Positions 1 through 9,302 of a stretch of DNA of 64,000 nucleotides are shown one piece after another (the first letter of the stretch is position 1; every line of letters starts with the position of its first letter). The DNA is taken from assembly GCA_937892025.1 (NCBI GenBank), contig CALAVA010000238.1, positions 43,784 through 107,783 on the forward strand. The letters run 5' to 3'. The notes beneath the pieces were generated by a model, which was not told the origin of the DNA, searched no databases, and saw only the letters and a list, made by a program, of their open reading frames with translations. The stretch is from an uncultured Bacteroidales bacterium. GTDB taxonomy: Bacteria; Bacteroidota; Bacteroidia; Bacteroidales; WCHB1-69. The position numbers and the translations under genes were made by a program.

Positions 1-1
1 A

Positions 2-400
2 AAGCACCAAGAATATGGCACTTCAAAACTTGAGGAAAAATTTGCCAAAGAGTTTTTGGATAAACTTGGCGTAAAGTATCAATATCAGTATTTAGCAGAA
101 GACATAAAAAGATATTATGATTTTTATTTACCTGAACAAAGGGTTCTTATAGAAGTTGATGGTGATTTTTACCACGGATATGGAAAACTTTATGAACAAA
201 TGTCACCAATGCAGAAAAAAAATAATCGTGTTGATGAAATAAAAAACCAATGGGCCGCTTTGCATTCGATTCCGTTATTGAGGTTTTGGGAACACGATAT
301 AAACAAAAACCCACAAAAAGTTATGAAAGAATTGAAAGAGTGGATAAATATATATACAGAAAAAATGATAATTGACGAAAATAAAAAAAAAAGACATTAA
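2..400 (+). CDS. Vsr/DUF559-like PD-(D/E)XK endonuclease domain, 5'-truncated by the window edge (probably the C-terminus of a homing endonuclease)
   Basis: The frame is open from the window edge (KHQEYGTSKLEEKFAKEFL...). The track start at 56 is only an internal TTG. 'YDFYLPEQRVLIEVDGDFYHGY' matches the Vsr-type 'xxVDGxFWHG' core. The same core recurs in the 21736-23610 endonuclease ('VGIEYNGLLWHSE'). Confidence 0.6.
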   Translation, partial: KHQEYGTSKLEEKFAKEFLDKLGVKYQYQYLAEDIKRYYDFYLPEQRVLIEVDGDFYHGYGKLYEQMSPMQKKNNRVDEIKNQWAALHSIPLLRFWEHDINKNPQKVMKELKEWINIYTEKMIIDENKKKRH

Positions 401-403
401 AAT

Positions 404-1705
404 ATGGATGAAATTGAAACAATACAAAAAGAAAAGGTACTTAAACAATTAAAAGTTTCTTATGATATGTATGAAAACACAAAAAAAGAAACTGAGAAAA
501 AAATGAAAGAAGCGTTGAATGACGATGGAACTAAGAAATATAATGCTGATGACATTAAGAAAGAATTATCACTTCTTAATGAGGCGCAAGACGATGTTGT
601 CAAGCAATATATTGATTGTGGCGGAAAAGAAGAAGACATAAGAAAAAAAGGAAAGAAAAAAGCAAGTTTAACACAACATTCACAAGAAACAATTATTGAT
701 GTTGCTGAAATTAAGAGAAATATGGAAGCCGACAGGAAGAAAGAACTTGATAAGGCTATTAGTGCAACCGCAACAAAACTTGAACAAGAATATATTCCAT
801 TAAAGGGTAGTTATAATCCTGAAGCTGCATTCGATGTTATTCCATTACCATCAAAGGGAGAAGGATATAAAGATAAGATTGCAAAGGCATCAGTGGCATA
901 TCTTACTGCATATGACGAAAACATGATTGTATCTCCCAACCTTTATAGGGATAATCTTATTTTGGATTACATTCTTCAAGAAAAACTTTTGAGCCAAGAA
1001 ATTGACCCAATGGATTTGCTTGAAGGTGATAGAGACGCTATTATTCTATTCTTGAGAGCAAGCGGATATGGAAATGAATATCCAATTTCAGCAACAGATG
1101 AAGAAACTGGAAAGGAATTTGAAACAATTGTTGACCTTTCAAAATTAAAATATAAGGAATTTAATTTAAAAGGTGATTCAAACGGGTGGTTTGAATTTAA
1201 ACTTCCTGTTAGCGGAAGCGTTGTTAAGTTTAGATTTCCAACACATAGAGATACTGTTTTGCTTGAAAAAATGCAGAAAGCAGAAGACCCTGAAATAAAA
1301 ATGGAAACAATTAAGCGTTATGTAGAAGACCTTGATTCTTATATTGAAGCAGATAGTAAAGTTGATAAAGACAATAAAATTAAGATTAGACAAGCAATCA
1401 GAACGCTTGAAATTTGGGCAAATGGAATGGAAGATGAAGAATCTCCTAAATTTAATCACGCATTAACTAATAGAATGAATTTATTACTTATGGCTGTTGA
1501 TGGTATTACAGATAGAAAGTATATTTCTGATTTCATTAGAAAAATGAATGTAAGAGATTCTACTGCGTTAAGGAAGTATATGCAAAAAAATGAGCCTGGC
1601 ATTGATTATAATATAACAATAGAAAGACCTGAGAGTCTTGGAGGTGGCTCATTTACTACCTTTCTGCAACTTGACCAATTTCTATTTCTTAATATCACCG
1701 ACTGA
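404..1705 (+). CDS. baseplate hub subunit, T4 gp26-like (tentative)
   Basis: 433 aa. 'IPLPSKGEGY..VAYLTAYDENMIVS..DLLEGDRDAIILFLRASGYGNEY' resembles the LPSxG / (D/E)E..L / D..l.lR..S.G signature I recall for the T4 gp26 (T4_baseplate) family. The N-terminus is a coiled coil. It lies just upstream of the tape-measure gene. From memory only, not searched. Confidence 0.45.
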   Translation: MDEIETIQKEKVLKQLKVSYDMYENTKKETEKKMKEALNDDGTKKYNADDIKKELSLLNEAQDDVVKQYIDCGGKEEDIRKKGKKKASLTQHSQETIIDVAEIKRNMEADRKKELDKAISATATKLEQEYIPLKGSYNPEAAFDVIPLPSKGEGYKDKIAKASVAYLTAYDENMIVSPNLYRDNLILDYILQEKLLSQEIDPMDLLEGDRDAIILFLRASGYGNEYPISATDEETGKEFETIVDLSKLKYKEFNLKGDSNGWFEFKLPVSGSVVKFRFPTHRDTVLLEKMQKAEDPEIKMETIKRYVEDLDSYIEADSKVDKDNKIKIRQAIRTLEIWANGMEDEESPKFNHALTNRMNLLLMAVDGITDRKYISDFIRKMNVRDSTALRKYMQKNEPGIDYNITIERPESLGGGSFTTFLQLDQFLFLNITD

Positions 1706-1955
1706 GTATTCTAAAAATCTTCTTGATGAAGAATGGGGGTGCTTCAAGCATGTCGGAATGTCTTGGGATATGATTATGAGACTGCCAATACAAGATAGAC
1801 GCTCATTAATACATAAACATAATCTTGAACAAGAAGAAATAAGTAGAGAAATTGAAGGAAGTAGCGGAGGAGGTGATGTTAGGAGATATGAAGGAGAATC
1901 AATTAACACTTATGCTGGTCTTGAACAAAGCAATAGAAAAGGTGGCAAAATTTAG
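1638..1955 (+). CDS. +1-frame ORF overlapping the 3' end of the hub-subunit gene (possible frameshift extension or small independent gene)
   Basis: The frame is open from 1623 to TAG at 1953. It encodes the natural-looking 'SPTEYSKNLLDEEWGCFKHVGMSWDMIMRLPIQDRRSLIHKHN'. There is no ATG before 1759, only TTG at 1638/1671 and GTG at 1644. It ends inside a terminator hairpin. Confidence 0.35.
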   Translation: MEVAHLLPFCNLTNFYFLISPTEYSKNLLDEEWGCFKHVGMSWDMIMRLPIQDRRSLIHKHNLEQEEISREIEGSSGGGDVRRYEGESINTYAGLEQSNRKGGKI

Positions 1956-1971
1956 CCACCTTTTTTGTTTT
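1941..1971 (+). terminator. rho-independent terminator
   Basis: GGTGGC (1941-1946) pairs with GCCACC (1955-1960) across an 8-nt loop. TTTTTTGTTTT follows. Confidence 0.8.
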
Positions 1972-1986
1972 AGAAATTGAATTAAA

Positions 1987-1997
1987 CCTATTTATAT
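1987..1997 (+). promoter_or_regulatory. recurrent CTATTTATAT motif (candidate phage promoter) upstream of the tape-measure gene
   Basis: CCTATTTATAT lies 33 nt upstream of ATG 2031. It belongs to a motif family seen in at least 7 intergenic regions. Confidence 0.4.
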
Positions 1998-2030
1998 TTG
2001 AATTATTGTATATTATTAAATTAAGTTATT

Positions 2031-5000
2031 ATGGCAAAAACTTGGACAACTAGGGATTTTAGGGCTTTTGAAGATGGTCGTTTTGTGCCTGATTCTGAAG
2101 AAGTACAGGATTTTAGTAGGGCTTTTTCTGCATGGAGAAGAAAGCATGGGGGTAGAGATGAAGAATATGAAGATGGGTTAAAATCTGAAGTTGGAATAAA
2201 TGCAGCAGATTCTGGCAAGAGATGGAGACAAGTTCACAAAGAAATTGTTAATGCTCAAGAAGAATTAAGAAAGAAACTTGAAGAGTTAAAAAAAGCTAAA
2301 GCAGAACTTGACCAAAAAATGGCAGATGGTACTGCAACTGAAGAGGAAATTAAAAGGTATTCGGTCTTAAAAGACCAAATTAGTGAGTGTAATGAAGAAA
2401 AAAAGAAACTTAGTGACGACGAAAAAACATCAGGTTTTAAAGGAAGAATTGATGCCATTGATAAAGGCTTAGATGAAGTAGTTAATAATTTAAAAGATGC
2501 TTATAGACATATTCAGCATATGGTAGACCCATGGGCTGCTGCTGATAGGGCTGCTTCAAAGTATGCTAAAACGGTTGCTATGACTAAGGCCGGTATGGAC
2601 AAACTTAGGAGAACAACAATAGACAATGTAGTACATAGTAAACTTGGCATAAATTACAATATATCAACAGAAGAACTTCTTGAAGCACAACAAAACTATG
2701 TTCAATCTGTTGGAAGAAGTTTAAGAATTGACAACACACAGCAAGAAAGTTTGGCTGCAATGCATGCTGTTATGGGTGGAAGAGAAAACGAACTTGCTGT
2801 TGCTCTTGAAAATTTTGGTGTTAGCCTAAATGGAACTGCTGACCATGTTGGAAAAATGTTTGCTGAGGCTTCTCAAGAAGGGTTGTCATTCGAAAAGTAT
2901 TCAGATAATGTTGCAAAAAACATAAAGATAGCCCAAAATTATACATTTAAGAATGGTTTAAAGGGACTTGAAAGTATGGCAAAGAAAGCAACTGCCATAA
3001 AAATGGATATGGGTCAAATTGCTTCACTTGCTGATAGAGTAAGTAGTATTGAAGGCTCAGTTGGAGTTGCTTCTAAATTGCAAGTTTTGGGCGGACCATT
3101 TGCTTCTGCGGCAGACCCACTTGGAATGATGGTAGAAGGCCTTACCGATATGGAAGGACTTACTGATAGAATTACCAAGATGATAGGTGGTCTTGGAAAA
3201 TTCAACATGGAAACAGGAGAGGTTGAGGTTTCTGCATTCAATAAGCAGAGAATTAAGGCAGCTTCAGAAGCAATGGGTATATCTTATGACCAATTAATGG
3301 AATCAGTTCATGCAAGCGAGAGAAGAAATCAGATTTCAAAGCAAATTGATGCTTCTGCAACTGCAAGTAAATTTGACGATAAAATGAAGGAATTGCTTAA
3401 AAATTCCGGAACATTTGAAAATGGAAAAGCTGGCATTTCTGTAAATGGTGAATTTAAATCTATAGACGAGTTAACAAATGAAGATTACGATGAACTTGTA
3501 AAAGAAACACAAGACCAAGCAGCCGATATTAAAGATATTGCAAGAAACCTTAGAAGTATAACAGACATAGAAGAAGGTACAAAGAAGCAATATAGGGCAA
3601 ATAAGGCTAAAATAACAGAAGAAACTGGTAGTGGAGAAAGGCTTAAAAAAATTGTTGATTTTGTTGGGCATTCTAATTTTTTACTTGAAATAATTGCATT
3701 TGGTAGTTTTACAAAAGACATTATAGGAATTACCAGAAATATATATGGCGCATTTAGTGGTGTTGGCAGTACGTTCAGAGGTCCTAGAGGAGGCGGTGGC
3801 GGAGGATTTGGACGATTTGGAGGGGCAGGAAGAAACGCTGGGCGATTTGGTAATGGAATTGGAAGTGGGCTAAAAAAGTATGGAACATATTCCAATAGAA
3901 TTGGAAGAAGCAAGTGGTTTAAAGGCACTAAGTTTGGAGATGCAATGAGAAGAATGGGCGCAAAGTCTTATAAATTTTCAGGAAAGGTAAATGCAAAATC
4001 AGCTCAATTATTTAGTAAATTTACTGGAAAGTTTGGAAAGTATGTTGGAAAATTTGGAAAATTGGGAGGAAAGTTTGGAAAGTATGTTGGAAATTTTGGA
4101 AAATTGGGAGGAAAGTTTGGAACTGGTGCGTTACAAAAGCTTGCTTATGAAAAAGTTGGTACCGTTGCATTATCTGCTATACAAAAACTTGGTGGAGCAG
4201 GTGCTAATTTAGCGGCAAAAAGTGGTATTGTTGGTAAAGCTGGTACAGCGATATTTAATGCGGCGGCAGGTGCTGAAAGTAAATTATTTGCAAAGGCTGG
4301 AGTTACTGCTGCAAAAGGATTGTCAACAAAGGCTGTTGGTGAGACCGTTGGAAAAATGCTTTTAAAGGGGGCAGGAAGGGGAGCCGGTACTGGAATGCTA
4401 TTAGGCATTGCAAGCGCTGGAGTTGAAATGGGAAGAGATGCACTTGTTCAAAGAGGAAAAATTAAAAAAGGAGGAACTGCTGACTCACTGATGACCATTG
4501 CCTCTGAACAAGCAAAATGGGCCGGTTTTGGAACAATGTTTGGTGGCGTTGGAGCAGCAATCGGTGCTGCTATTGGAACCTTTACAGGTTTAGTAAAAGC
4601 CACTAAGAGAAAAAGAGAGGTAAAACTTGATAACAAACTTGAGCAAATGGGAATCCAAAGGAAGGGTGAGTATAGAGCACATGGTTATAAACTTATCAAT
4701 AAAGCATTGGATACTGGCGAAATTTCTAACAGAATGAGAAAAAAGTTAGAAAAAAAAGGAGATACTGCAATGCTTGAGGCAATTGACAAGAAGAAAGAAG
4801 AAATTAGGGAAAAGAAGAGAAAAGAAAAGAATGAACGTTTGGCTGCTATATTTGGCGGAGGCGGTAGAAGTGCAATTGCAAGAGGACATTTCAAGGTTGG
4901 AACTGCATATATTACTGCAAGTAACATAAATGGGAGTGGGTTAGGTTTTGGAGGCACTTTTGGACATAAAATCCATGGAGTTGGTAATTTGGGAATTGGA

Positions 5001-5384
5001 AAAGTTGGGCTTGGAATGTCTAATTTATTTGGCTTTTCAATGTTATTTAACAAGATTAAAAATATAAAAGGCAAGCCTGAAACCGGAGATAACAAAGATA
5101 CAAGCAAACTATTGACTACTGCTAAAAATCTAATTGGAAAAGATATTTCTTCTTTTGGAAATTTGAAGACAAATGCTAATCAGAAATCGTCACCAATGGA
5201 TGTTAATATAAATGGAACAATACGTCTTGTTGGTGCAAATGGACAAGAGGTTGACATAACTGATGAATTGATTAATGACCATAACTTTATAAGGGCATTA
5301 ACCAATAAGATAACAGAACAAATGGGTGATAACAGAGTTGGTTCAAATAGACAAGATAACAACGCAATGGGTAGAATGTTATAA
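2031..5384 (+). CDS. tail tape measure protein (T4 gp29 analogue)
   Basis: 1117 aa. K/E-rich coiled-coil N-terminus. Central region looks like a tape-measure core ('LGINYNISTEELLEAQQNYVQSVG', 'MGISYDQLMESV'). Gly-rich tract and long Ala/Gly hydrophobic segments ('GFGTMFGGVGAAIGAAIGTFTGLV'). A tube-initiator-like gene follows it. Confidence 0.75.
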   Translation: MAKTWTTRDFRAFEDGRFVPDSEEVQDFSRAFSAWRRKHGGRDEEYEDGLKSEVGINAADSGKRWRQVHKEIVNAQEELRKKLEELKKAKAELDQKMADGTATEEEIKRYSVLKDQISECNEEKKKLSDDEKTSGFKGRIDAIDKGLDEVVNNLKDAYRHIQHMVDPWAAADRAASKYAKTVAMTKAGMDKLRRTTIDNVVHSKLGINYNISTEELLEAQQNYVQSVGRSLRIDNTQQESLAAMHAVMGGRENELAVALENFGVSLNGTADHVGKMFAEASQEGLSFEKYSDNVAKNIKIAQNYTFKNGLKGLESMAKKATAIKMDMGQIASLADRVSSIEGSVGVASKLQVLGGPFASAADPLGMMVEGLTDMEGLTDRITKMIGGLGKFNMETGEVEVSAFNKQRIKAASEAMGISYDQLMESVHASERRNQISKQIDASATASKFDDKMKELLKNSGTFENGKAGISVNGEFKSIDELTNEDYDELVKETQDQAADIKDIARNLRSITDIEEGTKKQYRANKAKITEETGSGERLKKIVDFVGHSNFLLEIIAFGSFTKDIIGITRNIYGAFSGVGSTFRGPRGGGGGGFGRFGGAGRNAGRFGNGIGSGLKKYGTYSNRIGRSKWFKGTKFGDAMRRMGAKSYKFSGKVNAKSAQLFSKFTGKFGKYVGKFGKLGGKFGKYVGNFGKLGGKFGTGALQKLAYEKVGTVALSAIQKLGGAGANLAAKSGIVGKAGTAIFNAAAGAESKLFAKAGVTAAKGLSTKAVGETVGKMLLKGAGRGAGTGMLLGIASAGVEMGRDALVQRGKIKKGGTADSLMTIASEQAKWAGFGTMFGGVGAAIGAAIGTFTGLVKATKRKREVKLDNKLEQMGIQRKGEYRAHGYKLINKALDTGEISNRMRKKLEKKGDTAMLEAIDKKKEEIREKKRKEKNERLAAIFGGGGRSAIARGHFKVGTAYITASNINGSGLGFGGTFGHKIHGVGNLGIGKVGLGMSNLFGFSMLFNKIKNIKGKPETGDNKDTSKLLTTAKNLIGKDISSFGNLKTNANQKSSPMDVNINGTIRLVGANGQEVDITDELINDHNFIRALTNKITEQMGDNRVGSNRQDNNAMGRML
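4026..4123 (+). repeat. 42-nt in-frame tandem duplication (about 2.3 copies) inside the tape measure
   Basis: 4026-4067 and 4068-4109 differ at one base (K to N). A partial third copy runs 4110-4123. The encoded sequence is GKFGKYVG(K/N)FGKLG. Confidence 0.9.
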
Positions 5385-5428
5385 AATCATTGAATATTAA
5401 ATAAAAATGTTTATATTTTAAATTAAGA

Positions 5429-8400
5429 ATGGGTAGTAGTTTATTAAATACAATAAAGGCAATAACGTTGGGTACTTTGGATACGTTATATTCGACAGTT
5501 TCATTGCTTAGACAACAGCATTTAACTGGCGGTGTTAGCAGATATACTGTTACGAACTATGATATTGATGGGTTCGATTTGAGAAGTTCAAATTTGAGAA
5601 ACAATTACCAAGAAGGCACTCATTTGAGAGTTGAGAAAAAAGACATAAAGTCAACAAACGCATACAAATTTGCTGAACAGGAAAATTTAGAGCACCCGAC
5701 TATTGAAACACCTGGTTGGGTTGGTAGACTATATCATTTACCGGACACAGTTTTAAATCCTACACAAAATTTTATAACAGAAGAAGGATTTGGAAATTTT
5801 GAATTCTTGTTAAGAAAAAGAAATACAAATTATAAAACTGTTGGACAAAAATATTCAAGTATATCAACTGCAAGCATAGTTTCACATGATTATGAAGCTG
5901 ACCAGATTCTTAATGCAAAGAAACAAAATACCAACAGAATGCTAACAAATACAGAGTATGGTAGTGAATATGAAGTTGGCGTTAGTGCAAAAAGTTTGAT
6001 GTTACATTCTGAGTTGAATAACTATAATGAGCCATTTAGGAATGCGTTAAAAACTATAACGCAATCAGTTGATGATAAGTTGGGAATTTTAAAATGGAAT
6101 TCATCAACATATTTTAATTTAAAGCCAGAAAAAAATACGTTAGCAAATACTTTTGGAATATCAACAACACATCTTGATAGAATATATTCAAAAGAACTTG
6201 CTTCTAAACTTCCAACTGTTGTTGGTGAATTGATGCGTGGAGAATATTCTTATTTGAGAAATTATAGTTTCAATCAGTATGTTCAAGGTGGCCAATCAAG
6301 TTATGGTGATGCAATAGACATATCCAAGCCATATATACACGCTGGACGTATTAAAATGACACCTGATGGTATATTTGATTATTATTCGAGCAGTAGAGAA
6401 GACATTGTTGGGTGTGGGTTTTATTCATATAATAGAGGATATGTTTATGGTGATGAAGGCGATAAAATCGAAAAGTATTATGTTGACGATGGAATACATC
6501 CTGAATCAGAAATAAAAATACAAAGAGGTAACGAAGGTAATTTGTTGTCTATGTATTATGCTGAACATGACGATGGAAAACCCGCTGGTATTGTAAAGCA
6601 TTCAGAACTTGAATCGTTTACAATGGTGGACGAAAATGTCAGCCCTGTTTCTGCTTTGATTAAAAAGACTAATGAACTTTTTGAAAATTGCAGAATTGGC
6701 TCAATGGTTAATAGATTCCATTCATATGATTTACATAAGGATGATGAACTTGTTTCTTCAAAAAGCGAAAAATATGGAATTTCTAGGGGTAGGAATTTGT
6801 TAAAGGAAGGTGCTGCAACAGATGAGACGGGATATGAGAATCCATATTGTAGAACTTGGACAAAGCACCATCAATATTCAAAGTTAAGTAGAAGAATCAG
6901 GCCATTTTATGGAGAAACATCACCAATGAAACTTAGCGCAACACAAGGATTATATGGTAAAACAATGCGTCCGAATGGTGGCGATGGTAGATTAGGAGAA
7001 TATTCTGTATTGAAAGACAATGGGTTTGTTAAAGTTTCTTCAGAACATAATAGCGGAGCAAGTGCTGAATCTAATGATGTTAAACGGTATATGTTTTCAA
7101 TTGAAAACCTTGCTTGGAGAGATATAGATTTAGATGGAGCACAGATATCAAAAGAACAACAGGGTCCAAATGGGGGTAGAATTATGTGGTTTCCACCATA
7201 TAATTTGAAATTTACGGAAAATGTAAATGTTGATTGGAATGCAACAAAGTTTATTGGTCGTGGTGAACAGATATATACATATATTAATACTGATAGAAGT
7301 GGAACACTTAGTTTTACAATGCTTATAGACCATCCTTCACTTATAAACAAATGGCGTGGAACTTCATTGGAAGTTGAAGAACTTGATAAACGAGAAGAAG
7401 ATTTGCTTAGATTTTTCGCTGGTTGTGGAACTCTTGACGGAAGATTGGATGATGGAGCAAATAGTAAACATACTGATAATCAAAAACAGACTACTAATAA
7501 TAAAAAACTTGGAAGCAGGTCAAAAGATGTTGCAATTATTGCGTTTTTCCCAAATAATTTTTCAGGACATTATGATAATGTTTCAGAGGGACTTAGCAAA
7601 TTGGGAGAATATGAATGCTCTAATGGAGTAACTTGTGATTATACAGATGATGATATGAGTGAACAAATATTGCATGAAGGAAATGATATTAATACTTCAA
7701 TAGCAGGTCTTAATAATGGAACATACAACCTTTCAATAAAGACGCTTATTGAACTTTCTGTATTTAATGGACAAGATGATGGGTTTGAATTTTATAGCAT
7801 ATTTGATACTCAACACGGACTTTCAAGTTTGAATAGGCTTATAACAGACGAAGAAATTTTTGGAGATTCATTTGAAGATATACATATAGATTCTATTGAT
7901 GTTTACGGATGTGCTTCAAGTCACGGGCGTAGAGAGAACAATATAAAATTAGAGGAAAGACGTGCTGAATTTTTAAAAAATGCATTAATTTTAAATTGTA
8001 AAAGTTTAACAGAAGAAGACTTTAATAGGCCATTCCAAAAGGCTGAAATTCCGGCAAATGACCTTGACCCTGCACATCCTGATGTTAATAAAATTGATGC
8101 TAAGATAGGGCGTTGTGCATATGCTGTTTTCCATATAAGTTGGAATGAGGCAACAACGACAAAGGCTGAATCATATGAAGATGAAACAATTAATATTAAT
8201 GAAGATGTTGTTAATGGATATGGTCTTGATAATGTAGTTGAAGATAAATTAAATGAATATTTGTCAACAAGTAATGAAGAAGTTGTTGATGATTATAGAC
8301 ACGATAATGAATATCTTTATTTTTCAGAAATTGATTATGACGATGTTGCATATCAAAGAATTATAAATAAAGTTAGATATTTTAATCCTGTGTTCCATTC

Positions 8401-8911
8401 AGTAACGCCTGAAGGATTTAATGCAAGGTTAACATTTTTACACCAATGCACAAGACAAGGCCCAACTATTGATTTGTCTTCTGGCAGAGTTAATAATAGT
8501 AGTAGCGATATGCTAAAATATGCAGGAAACCTTGCTTTTGGTAGACCACCATATTGTATTTTGAGGATTGGTGACTTTTTCCATACAAAGATTTGTATTA
8601 CGTCTATAAGTATTGACTATGACAATGGTAGTGGTATACCATGGGATTTAAACCCTGAGGGTGTTGGCGTTCAACCAATGTATGCAAATGTTAATATGAA
8701 TTTTAATTTTATTGGTGGTCAAGACCTTGCTGGCCCAATAGAAAGGCTTCAAAATGCTGTCACATCGAACTATTATGCAAATGCTTCTGTTTATGACCAT
8801 AAAGCAGACGTTAAAGGTCAATCAATGTACGATGTAACAGTTAATGTACCTAAAAAAGATGTTGGAAAGGGAAGCGATAACGTTAAGGTAACTGATGAAT
8901 ATGTAAATTGA
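5429..8911 (+). CDS. tail-tube initiator / baseplate-tube junction protein (gp48/gp54-, Mu gp43-like) with an OmpA-like insert
   Basis: 1160 aa. 'GGRIMWFPPYNLKFTENVNVDWNATKFIGRGEQIYTYINTDRSGTLSFTMLIDH' and C-terminal 'FGRPPYCILRIGDFFHTKICITSISIDYD..WDL..PMYANVNMNFNFIGG' resemble the T4 gp19/48/54 tube-fold signature. The gene sits directly after the tape measure. The insert 'IDVYGCASSHGRRENNIKLEERRAEFLKNAL' is OmpA/MotB-like. Confidence 0.5.
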   Translation: MGSSLLNTIKAITLGTLDTLYSTVSLLRQQHLTGGVSRYTVTNYDIDGFDLRSSNLRNNYQEGTHLRVEKKDIKSTNAYKFAEQENLEHPTIETPGWVGRLYHLPDTVLNPTQNFITEEGFGNFEFLLRKRNTNYKTVGQKYSSISTASIVSHDYEADQILNAKKQNTNRMLTNTEYGSEYEVGVSAKSLMLHSELNNYNEPFRNALKTITQSVDDKLGILKWNSSTYFNLKPEKNTLANTFGISTTHLDRIYSKELASKLPTVVGELMRGEYSYLRNYSFNQYVQGGQSSYGDAIDISKPYIHAGRIKMTPDGIFDYYSSSREDIVGCGFYSYNRGYVYGDEGDKIEKYYVDDGIHPESEIKIQRGNEGNLLSMYYAEHDDGKPAGIVKHSELESFTMVDENVSPVSALIKKTNELFENCRIGSMVNRFHSYDLHKDDELVSSKSEKYGISRGRNLLKEGAATDETGYENPYCRTWTKHHQYSKLSRRIRPFYGETSPMKLSATQGLYGKTMRPNGGDGRLGEYSVLKDNGFVKVSSEHNSGASAESNDVKRYMFSIENLAWRDIDLDGAQISKEQQGPNGGRIMWFPPYNLKFTENVNVDWNATKFIGRGEQIYTYINTDRSGTLSFTMLIDHPSLINKWRGTSLEVEELDKREEDLLRFFAGCGTLDGRLDDGANSKHTDNQKQTTNNKKLGSRSKDVAIIAFFPNNFSGHYDNVSEGLSKLGEYECSNGVTCDYTDDDMSEQILHEGNDINTSIAGLNNGTYNLSIKTLIELSVFNGQDDGFEFYSIFDTQHGLSSLNRLITDEEIFGDSFEDIHIDSIDVYGCASSHGRRENNIKLEERRAEFLKNALILNCKSLTEEDFNRPFQKAEIPANDLDPAHPDVNKIDAKIGRCAYAVFHISWNEATTTKAESYEDETININEDVVNGYGLDNVVEDKLNEYLSTSNEEVVDDYRHDNEYLYFSEIDYDDVAYQRIINKVRYFNPVFHSVTPEGFNARLTFLHQCTRQGPTIDLSSGRVNNSSSDMLKYAGNLAFGRPPYCILRIGDFFHTKICITSISIDYDNGSGIPWDLNPEGVGVQPMYANVNMNFNFIGGQDLAGPIERLQNAVTSNYYANASVYDHKADVKGQSMYDVTVNVPKKDVGKGSDNVKVTDEYVN

Positions 8912-8985
8912 TTTGTTGAAGTTGATACTTCTGATTTAGGTAAAATGTATTAAGATATAATAAATGGAAATAAAAAACAATAATT

Positions 8986-9300
8986 ATGGATTCATTTGAT
9001 AGATATTCTCAATTTAGAAACGGAAAAGAAATAGAAATAGTTTCTTTTGGCGAAATACCTGTTAAAGATAGTGATAAATATATTATATACGAAAAGGGAA
9101 AGACAAGACTTGACCAAGTTTCGTACAAGTATTACAATAGTTCTAATTATGCGTGGCTTATTTTACAAGCAAATGCAAAATATGGTTCGTTAGAGTTTAA
9201 CATTCCAGATGGTGCTCAACTGAGAATACCATATCCATTAATTGTTTCATTAAATGATTATCAAAAATCAATTGAAAAGAATAAAAAATATTACGGGTAA
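8986..9300 (+). CDS. LysM-like small tail/baseplate protein (P2 gpX-like)
   Basis: 104 aa. 'RLDQVSYKYYNSSNYAWLILQANAKYGSLEFNIPDGAQLRIP' fits the LysM-like pattern lD.ia..yYg....w.I..aN......l..G..l.iP. It lies between the tube-initiator and hub genes. Confidence 0.55.
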   Translation: MDSFDRYSQFRNGKEIEIVSFGEIPVKDSDKYIIYEKGKTRLDQVSYKYYNSSNYAWLILQANAKYGSLEFNIPDGAQLRIPYPLIVSLNDYQKSIEKNKKYYG

Positions 9301-9302
9301 TT

